Shown here: positions 22,995 to 32,991 of the stretch, piece after piece
How the letters are laid out: every line of letters begins with the position of its first letter
Position numbering within the stretch: position 1 is the stretch's first letter
Virus record (IMG/VR): IMGVR_UViG_3300046787_000286
Location: 62,001 to 126,000 of that record
Length of the DNA: 64,000 nucleotides
Direction: 5' to 3' (one strand)
The notes under the pieces: model-generated
Databases searched by the model: none
What the model was told of the DNA's origin: nothing
Seen by the model: only the letters and a program-made list of their open reading frames with translations
Position numbers and translations under genes: made by a program

Positions 22995-24751
22995 CGAATT
23001 CTTTCGTAGTTAAAGTAAGGATTGCCAGCTGCAAATTCTTCGTCGCTAACTAGTGGTGATTGATCGTTGATTGGGCGACCTTTCTCTAGCTTGGGCTCAA
23101 TTTGCACACCTGGGTGAATCTTGATTTCGATGATCCTACGTCCAGGTGCAAGCAATTCTGCGTTAATTTGATCTAGTGATGTAACTAGTTTGTAATCAAA
23201 GTCGAATGCTTCAGCAATTTTCTTAAAGTTAGGACGCCCCGGACCATTTTCTGTAGCAGCGTGTCGCCCATCCATGTAAGCATCTTGGAATTGACAAATC
23301 ATGCCTAGGCGATTGTTGTTAAACACAATGACTTTAATGTCTAGATCATATTCTTTGACTGTTTGCAATTCTTGCAAGTTCATCTGAATGCCGCCGTCAC
23401 CGTTAGAACAAATGTGTTGACGGTCTGGCGCTACTAATGCTGCACCAATTGATGCTGGCAACGCATATCCCATTGCATAATGCCCGGAACTTGTCATTAA
23501 CAACTGATCTTGGTCGCGATGGAAAGACTGGTAAACCCAACAGTGGTTGGCACCTGCATCCGTAGTAATAACAGCATTGGGTTCTGCTACTTTTTGTAAT
23601 TTTTCAACAACAAGATACGGACTCATTGTATCGTATTGCTTGCTATTTGAACTTGTATCTTTGTTAAAATACTTTGCTTTAAGTCCTTGACAATACTTTG
23701 GCCAGTCAGCATCAAACTTAGGCTTCTCTACTCCACGCAAGGCTTTCGAAAGATTGCGCAAATCAAAATGTAATCCTTTATAGTTTGCAGGATCTAGCTT
23801 TTCTAACTCGGCAGGATCGAGATCAACACACAATATTTCTGCATTGGGTGCAAAGTTTGCAGGGTTACCTGAACGCTGACGGTTGTCTAAACGTGATCCT
23901 AGCACAAGGATCTTGTCTGCGTTTTGAATTGCATTATTGCCTCCACGATTACCATATACACCAAAGTGACCAATGTAGTTAGGTGCTTCGTGATTAAAGT
24001 AGTTGAGTGCTGCCCAGGTAGCAACAAACGGAATTTTATTTGATTGCAACCAGCGTTCGAGTTCTACTTGTTGACCAGCAAGTCCAACACCTGCACCAAA
24101 GATAATCAATGGGCGATGTGCGCCTCCCAGGAATTGTTGGATTACTTTTCCTACTTGTTCAGGGGAGATACCTGTATCAACTGCTAACCACTTATCAGAG
24201 TCTGGCAATAACATAGTGCTATCTTCCATTTCTGCATTTTGCAAGTTCATTGGAATGTCAACTAGCACTGGGCCCATGCGACCTGAATATGCTTCTTCTA
24301 CTGCACGTTTTAATTCACGACGCATATCGTCATGTGTGGTTACGTTAACAGCATATTTGCAAACAGGTTTAACCATGCTAACAATATCCATTTGTTGGAA
24401 ACCTGCTTGACGCACAGCAGCACCACGATAGAGCTTTTGTTCTTCGTAGTTGACTTGTCCAGTAATATGCAAGCTAGGAATAGAATCATAATAACCACAC
24501 GCAATACCTGTGATTAAGTTAGATGCTCCTGGCCCTGATGTTGCCATTGACACACCTAGTTGCCCATTGGTACGCCATAATGCATCAGCTGCCATTGCTG
24601 CGGCTTGTTCGTGCTGGAAGCAAATAACATCCATGCCCTCCTCTAGTGCAATTTGATCAATTAAGAATGTGATTGCACCACCTTGCACTTGGAACACTTT
24701 GTTTGCACCAATTGCTTTTAAAAACTTAGCTACGTATTGACTACCTTTCAT
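22991..24751 (-). CDS. ThDP-dependent acetolactate-synthase-like enzyme (YerE-like)
   Basis: HEQAAAMAADA, TSGPGASN, GDGGIQMNLQEL...NN ThDP motif; sits among NDP-sugar genes. Confidence 0.88.
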   Translation of the reverse strand: MKGSQYVAKFLKAIGANKVFQVQGGAITFLIDQIALEEGMDVICFQHEQAAAMAADALWRTNGQLGVSMATSGPGASNLITGIACGYYDSIPSLHITGQVNYEEQKLYRGAAVRQAGFQQMDIVSMVKPVCKYAVNVTTHDDMRRELKRAVEEAYSGRMGPVLVDIPMNLQNAEMEDSTMLLPDSDKWLAVDTGISPEQVGKVIQQFLGGAHRPLIIFGAGVGLAGQQVELERWLQSNKIPFVATWAALNYFNHEAPNYIGHFGVYGNRGGNNAIQNADKILVLGSRLDNRQRSGNPANFAPNAEILCVDLDPAELEKLDPANYKGLHFDLRNLSKALRGVEKPKFDADWPKYCQGLKAKYFNKDTSSNSKQYDTMSPYLVVEKLQKVAEPNAVITTDAGANHCWVYQSFHRDQDQLLMTSSGHYAMGYALPASIGAALVAPDRQHICSNGDGGIQMNLQELQTVKEYDLDIKVIVFNNNRLGMICQFQDAYMDGRHAATENGPGRPNFKKIAEAFDFDYKLVTSLDQINAELLAPGRRIIEIKIHPGVQIEPKLEKGRPINDQSPLVSDEEFAAGNPYFNYERIR

Positions 24752-24760
24752 GGTATCTCC

Positions 24761-26080
24761 TTATTTGTATAAACTTAAGAAACCGCGAACAATTTTACCA
24801 ATGTAGGCAATTTGTTCGGGTGTGATTACAGGGCTAGTACCATGGAAGTAAGTATGGGTCATAGCATGTGTTGCGTTAGGGAAATTGTCCTTGGCCAGCT
24901 GCGGGTCCATTAAATGGCTATAAGCAGGCTGCAACATAATATTGCCAGCAAAGTAAGGACGAGTCTGGATCAAGTTCTCTTCTAGGTAATCCACAATGTC
25001 ACTGCGAGTAAACGGTGCATCTTTTCTAATAGTTAACGGGAACGCAAACCAGCTGGGATCACTCTTGGCAGTTGCTCTTGGCAAGTGGAAGAACTCTTCA
25101 TAGTCCTTGTAAATGTCAAACAGCAGTTGATAGTTACGTCGACGCAATGCGTGAATTTCTGGTAACTTTTTCAACTGTTCAAGACCCATAGCACACTGAA
25201 CTTCAATTGGTTTCATGTTGTAACCAATTTCGTCGTATACGTATTTGTGATCAAAAATTTCATCAGGTAAAGTAGGAATCCAGTTATTAAAACGATTGCC
25301 ACAAGTACCACACTTCAATTTGTTTGCTTCTGGCCCAACACAATAGCAGCCACGCCCCCATTCACGGAAGCTACGCAAGATAACATCTGTATTGGCATCG
25401 TTAGTTGCAACGTATCCACCTTCGCCCATGGTCATGTGATGTGCTGGATAGAAACTGCACGATGCCATTAAACCGTAACTGCCCAATGGCTTGCCATCAT
25501 ATGTGCTACCTAACGCATCACAGCAATCTTCTAGAAGAATCAAATTGTGTTGTTTCACTAATTCCATTAATCGATCCATTACTGGAGGATTACCTAGCAC
25601 GTGAGCAAACGTAATAACACGAATATCAGGGTTAGCTAATAAGGTTGACTCAACTTGATCTAAATCTAAGTTAAGTGTATCAAGTTCAATGTCTACAAAC
25701 ACTGGCTCAAAACCAACTTGCAATGTTGGGTTTAACGTTGTTGGAAATCCAGCAATAGGCATTAGAACTTTAGTGCCCTTGGGTAGGTTGTAGCCACGCT
25801 TGGATGTCAACGCTGACATCATTAATAAGTTACTAGATGATCCTGAGTTTGTTAAGATACCTTTGTCTTTACCAAAATACTTCGGAAACTCACGTTCAAA
25901 CTTTAGGCCATCGTCGCCCATAACAAGCCAACCCTTGAGCAAACTTGCGACCCCTGCTACAAATTCTTTTTCGTCAAAATATGACCCGGCATAGTTGACA
26001 AAATCTTTGCCAGCTACCCATGTTTTATTTTCTTGCTTTTGTTTAATGTGCTCTTGCACTAATTTAAGAATTTCTTCCAT
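24761..26080 (-). CDS. rfbH: CDP-4-keto-6-deoxyglucose 3-dehydratase (E1, RfbH/DdhC)
   Basis: NSGSSSNLL, SFYPAHHMTMGEGG (His in place of Lys), RDC-like GRGCYC...C, DHKYVYDEIGYN. Confidence 0.88.
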   Translation of the reverse strand: MEEILKLVQEHIKQKQENKTWVAGKDFVNYAGSYFDEKEFVAGVASLLKGWLVMGDDGLKFEREFPKYFGKDKGILTNSGSSSNLLMMSALTSKRGYNLPKGTKVLMPIAGFPTTLNPTLQVGFEPVFVDIELDTLNLDLDQVESTLLANPDIRVITFAHVLGNPPVMDRLMELVKQHNLILLEDCCDALGSTYDGKPLGSYGLMASCSFYPAHHMTMGEGGYVATNDANTDVILRSFREWGRGCYCVGPEANKLKCGTCGNRFNNWIPTLPDEIFDHKYVYDEIGYNMKPIEVQCAMGLEQLKKLPEIHALRRRNYQLLFDIYKDYEEFFHLPRATAKSDPSWFAFPLTIRKDAPFTRSDIVDYLEENLIQTRPYFAGNIMLQPAYSHLMDPQLAKDNFPNATHAMTHTYFHGTSPVITPEQIAYIGKIVRGFLSLYK

Positions 26081-26802
26081 TAGATAATACCTACTTCTTT
26101 ACTGATAAATTGCATTAAATTGATAACTTGTTGACTGCCACGGCTAGCATGGAAGTGTAAGATACGAGCGTCTTTAAGATTGATCCCATTCCAGTTATTG
26201 TGTTCAATAACTTCTTCAGGAGACAATGTTCTGAGTTTCATTGCCTGGTACGCCAGCCACGGATGTAAACGATCAGTGTCCGGTATGTCTTGTTTCCAGA
26301 ACATAGTGTTGTGTCGTAGTTGATCAAACCCCCAGTGTTGATCAGGATGACCTTCTCGTTGTTCCCACAACTGATCCCCTAGATCCCAAATATCCTGGCT
26401 CATAGTATGAGGGTAGTACTGAATGTCATCATTAAAGTAATTTGTAAATTCTTTATATGATTTGGGGTCCGTGTAATTGAATAAGCGATATTCCTTGAAC
26501 TTACTATCAAACAATTTAGTAGGTTGGGTCATCAGTGTATCGGCACCAGCCCAGAAAATATTACACGGCTCTTTGTGCCAAAGTTCCTTGATTGCATTCC
26601 AGTTTGCTACTGTATACTCATCGTTGTTTTTTACAGGTTCTGTCCAAAGCACTGCTTCAAACGGCTCCTCAACAAACTTCTGAAAGCTAGCCACACTTAG
26701 GTCATACATTTGCCTGTAGAACGTATAAAGATCAGTTCGTTTTTGATGTAGCCATCCGTCCTCAATTGGACGGACAGCGCAAACTAGATAATTTTTTACC
26801 AT
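26080..26802 (-). CDS. glycosyltransferase-like hypothetical protein
   Basis: in the sugar operon; FWAGADT and ILHFHASR motifs resemble GT-A enzymes. Confidence 0.5.
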   Translation of the reverse strand: MVKNYLVCAVRPIEDGWLHQKRTDLYTFYRQMYDLSVASFQKFVEEPFEAVLWTEPVKNNDEYTVANWNAIKELWHKEPCNIFWAGADTLMTQPTKLFDSKFKEYRLFNYTDPKSYKEFTNYFNDDIQYYPHTMSQDIWDLGDQLWEQREGHPDQHWGFDQLRHNTMFWKQDIPDTDRLHPWLAYQAMKLRTLSPEEVIEHNNWNGINLKDARILHFHASRGSQQVINLMQFISKEVGII

Positions 26803-27776
26803 ACAAAGTTCTCAATGTAATATTGTACTATCTCTTCTAGGGCTGTGTCAAAGACTGATTGCGGGTACCATCCCAGCCCCTTGAGTTTCGAGTCATCGAT
26901 TGCGTACCTTACATCTTGCCCCATACGCTGACTATCAAAAATATAATCTTCCCAATTATCCGAAGCATCTTCACCTTTGTAGATTTTTAGAAGCTTCTTG
27001 ATAACTTCTCGGTTGGGCATTTCGGCATTTCCTGAAATATTGTATATCTCATTAGTAACACCTGATTTGATAATAGTTACAACAGCAGTAGCAGTATCAG
27101 CAGCATGCAACCAAGTACGCACAGGTTTTCCTTGATCGTGAAGATCAATTTTCTTACCTAGCGTTAGGTATTTGATTGACTTAGGGATAAGTTTTTCAAC
27201 ATACTGTCCTGTGCCATAGTTATTGGTTGGTCGGACAATAACATACTTTAAGCCATATGTTCTAGCCCACGCAGTAATAAGCATGTCGGCAGCAGCTTTA
27301 CTTGCTGAGTATGGATTACTAGGCTTTAACAAATCTGTTTCTGAATGAGTACCTGCTTCAATGTCGCCGTAAACTTCGTCTGTTGAGAAATGTAAAAATA
27401 CAGGTTGCTTGTGTCGCGGCTGTTCTTTGATTAGTTCTAGTAGATGATGCACACCATTTACATTACTGTGCAAAAATACTCCACTGCTCATAATACTATT
27501 ATCAACGTGAGTTTCTGCAGCCATGTTAATAACATAGTCGCAATCGTGTAACCGATCTAGTTCATTGATATCAGTCTTGATAAACTTAAATGTTTTGTAT
27601 TTTTTAAATTTTTCTAAGAAGTGTTCATTACTAGCATAGGTACATTTATCTACACCTATAACATACCAACCCCGAGCTAGTAATTCGTGAGTCACATGCG
27701 ACCCCATAAACCCAAGGCATCCAGTTACATAAACTATCTTCTTCAAATCTTTCTCGCTTTGACTAATAAATGCCAT
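26796..27776 (-). CDS. rfbB: NDP-glucose 4,6-dehydratase (RmlB-like)
   Basis: TGCLGFMG, AAETHVDNSI, STDEVYG, PYSASKAA, NNYG. Confidence 0.9.
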   Translation of the reverse strand: MAFISQSEKDLKKIVYVTGCLGFMGSHVTHELLARGWYVIGVDKCTYASNEHFLEKFKKYKTFKFIKTDINELDRLHDCDYVINMAAETHVDNSIMSSGVFLHSNVNGVHHLLELIKEQPRHKQPVFLHFSTDEVYGDIEAGTHSETDLLKPSNPYSASKAAADMLITAWARTYGLKYVIVRPTNNYGTGQYVEKLIPKSIKYLTLGKKIDLHDQGKPVRTWLHAADTATAVVTIIKSGVTNEIYNISGNAEMPNREVIKKLLKIYKGEDASDNWEDYIFDSQRMGQDVRYAIDDSKLKGLGWYPQSVFDTALEEIVQYYIENFVW

Positions 27777-28522
27777 CCGAGATATTCTCGAACAGCTTCA
27801 CGCATTGCATCTGGCATAGCAGCAAACCATGGCTCTAATTCATAGCGGCCTGCCTTATACGCATCTACATTATACATAAAGCAATGATCCTGACGTACAC
27901 GTTCTATATGCCAGCCTGGACCCAACAACTCAGGAATTTCTTCTTTGGTGAAACTTTTAGCATACGGGCAACCAGCTTGTGCTTCGTATTGGTCAAGCCC
28001 TTTATAAATCATTGCTTGCTTCCAGGAATTCTTCGCGTATACCATGAAGCGGAACTCTCCACCAGGATTAAGCAACGAGTGTACATTGTTGATTATAGTA
28101 TTGATTGCTGGAAAGTGATGAATAACACCATAGCTGTAAACAAGATCAAATTTTCCCAGGTTTGCAGTGTCGGTGCTATTACTTGCATCAATGTTATGGA
28201 ATTCTCCATCGAGCCCTAGTACTTCAAAACGTTGTCGAGCAATTTCCACACTTTGGTCACTGTAGTCAATGCCTACATATTCTGCACCGTGCTTGGCAAA
28301 TTCTTCGCCGTCGCTAGCAATACCACATCCAACTTCTAAAACACGTTTGCCTTGCCACAAATGAAATCCAGCAAATTCTGGAATGTGCGGCTCCACTTGA
28401 TATCGACGTTCGCTAACTTGATGGAAAAACTTTGGTGTTCCAAACTCAGCTGTGCCGTGTTTGATATTACAAGGCTGTGCATTCCAATATTTTTTAATTC
28501 GTGCCTCTAACTCGTCACTCAT
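27743..28522 (-). CDS. class I SAM-dependent methyltransferase
   Basis: VLEVGCGIASDG, FDLVYSYGVIHH, LNPGG. Confidence 0.85.
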   Translation of the reverse strand: MSDELEARIKKYWNAQPCNIKHGTAEFGTPKFFHQVSERRYQVEPHIPEFAGFHLWQGKRVLEVGCGIASDGEEFAKHGAEYVGIDYSDQSVEIARQRFEVLGLDGEFHNIDASNSTDTANLGKFDLVYSYGVIHHFPAINTIINNVHSLLNPGGEFRFMVYAKNSWKQAMIYKGLDQYEAQAGCPYAKSFTKEEIPELLGPGWHIERVRQDHCFMYNVDAYKAGRYELEPWFAAMPDAMREAVREYLGWHLLVKARKI

Positions 28523-29349
28523 GCTGCACCCATCTTTGTCATTGGTATTTGGAATTGTTTGCATTGATTATTGGTATCATTTTCTTGTAGTTTAATCCAC
28601 GGGTCTTGTTTACCAGACTTGACGTTTGCCCACCAGGTGATATCCAAGTTCTTAGATGCCATGTAATCAGATAGCTTTTCAACGTCTTGCATTCTACGCA
28701 AGTGCCAACTCACGTGATGAAAATCTCTCGAGTCTGATGGATTGCCTTCGTACATAACACGATTTTTGTAAGTGTCATCATTGTTATTGCCAGTGAGATC
28801 ATGACGATCGTGTGTGACCCAAACAGGAACCCTTTCGAAAATATCCAACAAGTAAGCCTGTTGACTTAGCCAAGCATCAGAAATCTGATGTGGACTTAGA
28901 TATCCCAAATGGTCTAACCATTCTCGAGGGACGATAGGGAAAATTGAATATGGATGATCGTTGTGTGTATGAACAGCCAAACATTTAAACTCCCCTGTGT
29001 GTTTAGCAATAACCTTGTCCCACCCAGCGGTGTCCATCATTGCATCGTCGTTCCAGAACATTAACCAATCAGCGTCAGACGACACTGCAAGAGCGTTAAC
29101 ATATTCGTTTAATCTATTGTATCCAAGTCTTTCAAAAACTTGTGCATCATAGTTGACTTTTTTCTCAATTAACCACGGCTCCAATTCGTTTTGGAAATGT
29201 TCGATGCCAGGTGTATCATCGTGATCGAACCCTAGTAATAGTTGAACTGTGTTTAAATCAACTGCTCGGTTAATTAAACTCATTACGCTGCGGCTTAGCG
29301 CATCTGTGCGTCCTCGTGTGGGTAGTAAAATTGCAATGCTATATTTCAT
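28519..29349 (-). CDS. GT2-family glycosyltransferase
   Basis: LLPTRGR, FDHDD, WNDD motifs. Confidence 0.75.
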   Translation of the reverse strand: MKYSIAILLPTRGRTDALSRSVMSLINRAVDLNTVQLLLGFDHDDTPGIEHFQNELEPWLIEKKVNYDAQVFERLGYNRLNEYVNALAVSSDADWLMFWNDDAMMDTAGWDKVIAKHTGEFKCLAVHTHNDHPYSIFPIVPREWLDHLGYLSPHQISDAWLSQQAYLLDIFERVPVWVTHDRHDLTGNNNDDTYKNRVMYEGNPSDSRDFHHVSWHLRRMQDVEKLSDYMASKNLDITWWANVKSGKQDPWIKLQENDTNNQCKQFQIPMTKMGAA

Positions 29350-29386
29350 ATCATTATGTATCTATAAAATGAAGTACCGGCAATTT

Positions 29387-29884
29387 TTACGCAAATAGAT
29401 CTTCGTTCCATTCACGGTGGCCTTCTCGATACGCCATGTTGCTTTGTGTTTCGCGCACTTCAACACGATAGCACCATAAACGATCTGCTTCGCCAGGTCC
29501 CCACATCTCAGGAATGTAAACACCATTTACATACTTGTACAGCATGTCGCTTAGTGCTTCACAACCTAGTGCAGGTAGCACAACGATCTTGGCCATGTTC
29601 TTCTCTTGTAGCAGTTTAAATGTTTCCAACTCTGGATCATCTTGTGCAACAATAAGCGTATGGTCGAATTGGTCTTCCAGTGTCTTCTTTAGTTCCTTGA
29701 GACCGCCGTAGTCTGCGGCCCAGTTACGAACGTCTAGATCATTGGTTCCAAAATAGAACTTCATTGAAAAAGCGTAGCCGTGGATTAAGTTACAGTGACT
29801 ATCAGCACGCCATTGTCTGTAAGCAACAGGGAAGGCGTTGTGATACTCTTTTGTAGAGGTGTATTTGTATTGGATGGGTGTCAT
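29387..29884 (-). CDS. queD: 6-carboxy-5,6,7,8-tetrahydropterin synthase
   Basis: HCNLIHGY (CxxxHG), FDHT, VEVRET. Confidence 0.88.
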   Translation of the reverse strand: MTPIQYKYTSTKEYHNAFPVAYRQWRADSHCNLIHGYAFSMKFYFGTNDLDVRNWAADYGGLKELKKTLEDQFDHTLIVAQDDPELETFKLLQEKNMAKIVVLPALGCEALSDMLYKYVNGVYIPEMWGPGEADRLWCYRVEVRETQSNMAYREGHREWNEDLFA

Positions 29885-29894
29885 GCTTGTTTCT

Positions 29895-29957
29895 CCTATG
29901 TTAATTTTAGCATAGGCAGCAGAATTTGTATAGCGGGATGATGCTCTAAAGGCCGCT
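29895..29957 (-). promoter_or_regulatory. preQ1-I-like riboswitch candidate upstream of queD
   Basis: AGCGG-CCTTTAGAGCATCATC-CCGCT-ATACAAATTCTG, followed by a CCTATG/CATAGG hairpin over the RBS. Confidence 0.55.
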
Positions 29958-30081
29958 TAGAGAAATACTTATGCTAGTTCCACTAGATGGTATTTAGAAG
30001 CCGGATAATGTTCCTGTAGCCACTCCAATAACCCTTCTTGGTTTGGCAACTGAATTTCTCCAGTTTTGTTTGTTATCACAA

Positions 30082-30483
30082 TCATTTTGGTAACTGATAG
30101 CCGCCACTTTTGTAGTTTGCTTGCCCGTGAATAACACCACGCACACCGCCGATTGGGTTAGCACAGTCACCGGTTTTGCGAGGAATCAGATGCACATGCG
30201 GATACATTACTGTTTGGCCAGCAGCTTCGCCCATGTTGATTCCAACGTTGAATGCATCACACATGCCTTCATCAACTAGTTTCTGGCCATGATAAAATGC
30301 ACGTTTAAAACAGTGTTCGATTGTGGCGCCATTGTTTGTTACAGGCACAAACAACAAGTGTCCCTTAGCAACAGGAAATCTATCTTGAAATACTGCGACT
30401 TGTAGATCACTAAGTTCGTGAACTTTTAAATCCCAAGGCGCTACACCTGCTTGTGCGGCCTTGTCTAATGTATTGTATTTCAT
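30082..30483 (-). CDS. HIT-family hydrolase
   Basis: PVAKGHLL, AAGQTVMYPHVHLIPR (HxH triad region). Confidence 0.9.
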   Translation of the reverse strand: MKYNTLDKAAQAGVAPWDLKVHELSDLQVAVFQDRFPVAKGHLLFVPVTNNGATIEHCFKRAFYHGQKLVDEGMCDAFNVGINMGEAAGQTVMYPHVHLIPRKTGDCANPIGGVRGVIHGQANYKSGGYQLPK

Positions 30484-30486
30484 AGT

Positions 30487-31704
30487 TTATAATTCCTTTG
30501 TATAATATTTTCCATTAAGATATTGTAGCACATAGACCTTGTTGTTAGTAGTGTTTTGATAAACTGTGCCGTGCCCAATGTTCCAACTTCCTCGACCTGC
30601 CCCTGCTGTTGCAGCCATTGCATCTAATACGTCTTGTTTATAAGGAACCCATGAACCATTGACAATTTGATAAATTTTCATATGGCCATTATCGGCGCCG
30701 AACAATACAGTTGTATGCCCAGCTGTGAAGATAGTATGTGAATAATAAGCATTATTATTTTGGTTGTCAAACGCAGCCTGTGCTGTGAAGTTGCCTTGCC
30801 CGTCACCTAATAATACTTGCTTCGCCCCAGGCACGCCGGAAACAACATCGTTAAACACCGCTACAAAATCTGTGTGTCCATCATTGTTGATGTCCATTGC
30901 CCGACTATTAATCAAGTCAAATTCGGCGCCATTATTTGGTGCAGTGATACCTATGTTAGATAGCACACCAAGATTGTTGTCCAAATTAACAATGGAAGAT
31001 TTATAGCCAGCAACTAATCCTGACTGTCCCATTATGATAGAAATTGTATTATTTTGATTGTGAACTACACTACATGTAGCAAAATGATCGTTGGGTAATA
31101 CTGTTGTTTGGATTGTAAAGTTACGATTGCCATTATTAACGTATAAGCCACCATTGGCGCCACTTACTAATAAGTCAATATCGCCGTCGCGGTCAATATC
31201 GTCGTAGCAGGCACCATGTGCATACACTTGATCAGACAAGTCTTGTCGAATAAACTGTCCTGAATTGTTCCAGAAGAACACACTGTTAGCAAGCGGTTGA
31301 CCAGCACCGTCGTCAAACGCTGGAAAGAAAATATCATTGCGGCCATCGTTGTCAAAGTCTGCAATAAAAATACGTTGACTACCGCTGTAAGTGTTCGACG
31401 GAAGAACCTCAGTTGTTTTTTCAGTCAACGAGCCATCTGTGTTTTGATAAAATACATAGATGCGAGCAGTGTGAGTGCCGTCATTAACCCATCCACCTAC
31501 TACAATGTCATCAAGCCCGTCGTTGTTTAAGTCTCCTACTGCTAAAGTATTAACAAGATTTAGGCCTGTATTAGTTGTTCGCAATACTGTGTTTAGTCCA
31601 GCTGCTGGCACAACGCCAGTGGAAGACGATGACCCTCCGCCACCACCTCCGCAGCCAGTTAATACTAAAGTTAACAGAATAATAGTTACAGTACTTTTGA
31701 TCAT
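30487..31704 (-). CDS. FG-GAP/VCBS-repeat lipoprotein
   Basis: lipobox LTGC, Gly/Ser linker, repeated DxNxDGxxD motifs; promoter TTGACC-17-TATAAT at 31711-31739. Confidence 0.8.
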   Translation of the reverse strand: MIKSTVTIILLTLVLTGCGGGGGGSSSSTGVVPAAGLNTVLRTTNTGLNLVNTLAVGDLNNDGLDDIVVGGWVNDGTHTARIYVFYQNTDGSLTEKTTEVLPSNTYSGSQRIFIADFDNDGRNDIFFPAFDDGAGQPLANSVFFWNNSGQFIRQDLSDQVYAHGACYDDIDRDGDIDLLVSGANGGLYVNNGNRNFTIQTTVLPNDHFATCSVVHNQNNTISIIMGQSGLVAGYKSSIVNLDNNLGVLSNIGITAPNNGAEFDLINSRAMDINNDGHTDFVAVFNDVVSGVPGAKQVLLGDGQGNFTAQAAFDNQNNNAYYSHTIFTAGHTTVLFGADNGHMKIYQIVNGSWVPYKQDVLDAMAATAGAGRGSWNIGHGTVYQNTTNNKVYVLQYLNGKYYTKEL

Positions 31705-32288
31705 GCATGTATTATAACAGTTTGGGATTTATTGGTCAAACTATTCCAAAAGTATCAATGTTACACTATCAGATGTCTAAGCGACATCTTCTCTTTCGTC
31801 TTTGACTCAGAGAGTTTTGTAGCAAACGAAGTTGAGATATTTTCGCTAGATGCTTGATCCATACGACACCCTGATAAAGGGCGCAGTAAAAAGAATGTTG
31901 AGACATTCGCTGAGTGTTTCACTCACACTGACAATAGGTATTTGTGTTGTTCACGCTTCTGGGCTCTGTACCTTACCCCACCTACTACGATTTTTAAGAG
32001 AACCTCGGTGCCAATGTTCTCATGAGCGTATTAAACAATAAGTTGGATTACTCCACACTCAACCTGTTCCGACTACGCAAACGTAAAACCCACAGGGGCA
32101 ACATTTTAAGGCATCTCTAGTCAAGGCTAGAGGTAGTGCATAGAAGTCCTACTACAGCGGTAGGATTTGGTTGCCGTCACACATCAGAACGGATTCGCCA
32201 GCGGTATTACAATCGGCCCGCCACCCTTGGAGCTGTATTAAATGTCAAGTGAAAGCACGGGCGAACCGTGCTTACGCAAGTAGATTAA

Positions 32289-32990
32289 TTAACGTGGTGC
32301 AAACTCTTGTTGAAGTTTGATGTTGTCAAAGAACTCTTTCTTTACCGAAGCATCTGTCTTAAATGCACCATTAAGAACTGTCGTCTGGGTGAGACTAGAG
32401 TGAGCCATAATACCACGATTCTCACAGCATCCATGGGTAGCTTGGATATAAACTGCAACATCTTTGGATCCAGTTGCAAATTCAATTTCACGAGCGATGT
32501 CCATACAGAGTTCTTCTTGTAGTGTTCCTCGTCGAGCACACCATTGCGCAATTCGAGTGTATTTCGAAAGGCCAATGAGTTTTGGTCCAGCAATAATGCC
32601 AATATAAGCCACACCCGTAACAGGCTGGTGATGATGCGAACACATGCTCTTAAGCTCTGAACGCACAACCAACATACCATCGTAGGCTCCTTCTGTATCA
32701 TTGGGGAAAGCCGTAGCATTAGGGCTCTCCTCGTATCTGCCAGCCATGATTTCATATACATACATCTTTGCTAAACGGCGTGCTGTACCCATTGAGTTTG
32801 GATCGTTTTGTCGATCAATAATCAAACTGTCTAGCACACCTTCAAACTTGCCTGTGAGCTCATCCACTAGCAAGTCTTTTTCTTTATCAGTAATAAAGTC
32901 ACTGATGTTATCACCTGCCCAGTAACGCTTGTCTGCGTCAGTTAATCGTTTGCGAATTACTTGTGATAGGTTTAAACTGTTGTCTGTCAT
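32289..32990 (-). CDS. folE: GTP cyclohydrolase I
   Basis: SMCSHHHQP, GLSKYTR, QEEL, HGCCENRG. Confidence 0.95.
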   Translation of the reverse strand: MTDNSLNLSQVIRKRLTDADKRYWAGDNISDFITDKEKDLLVDELTGKFEGVLDSLIIDRQNDPNSMGTARRLAKMYVYEIMAGRYEESPNATAFPNDTEGAYDGMLVVRSELKSMCSHHHQPVTGVAYIGIIAGPKLIGLSKYTRIAQWCARRGTLQEELCMDIAREIEFATGSKDVAVYIQATHGCCENRGIMAHSSLTQTTVLNGAFKTDASVKKEFFDNIKLQQEFAPR

Positions 32991-32991
32991 A

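Noticed and set aside
22991-24751. Auxiliary ilvB for branched-chain amino-acid synthesis
   Set aside because: No small subunit or other ilv genes; it is wedged between RfbH and an SDR reductase, which fits YerE better.
12560-32275. RNase P RNA or SRP RNA in the structured gaps
   Set aside because: No GAGGAAAGTCC/CGGCTTA P4 motif or SRP helix-8 GGAA/AGCAG motif was found.
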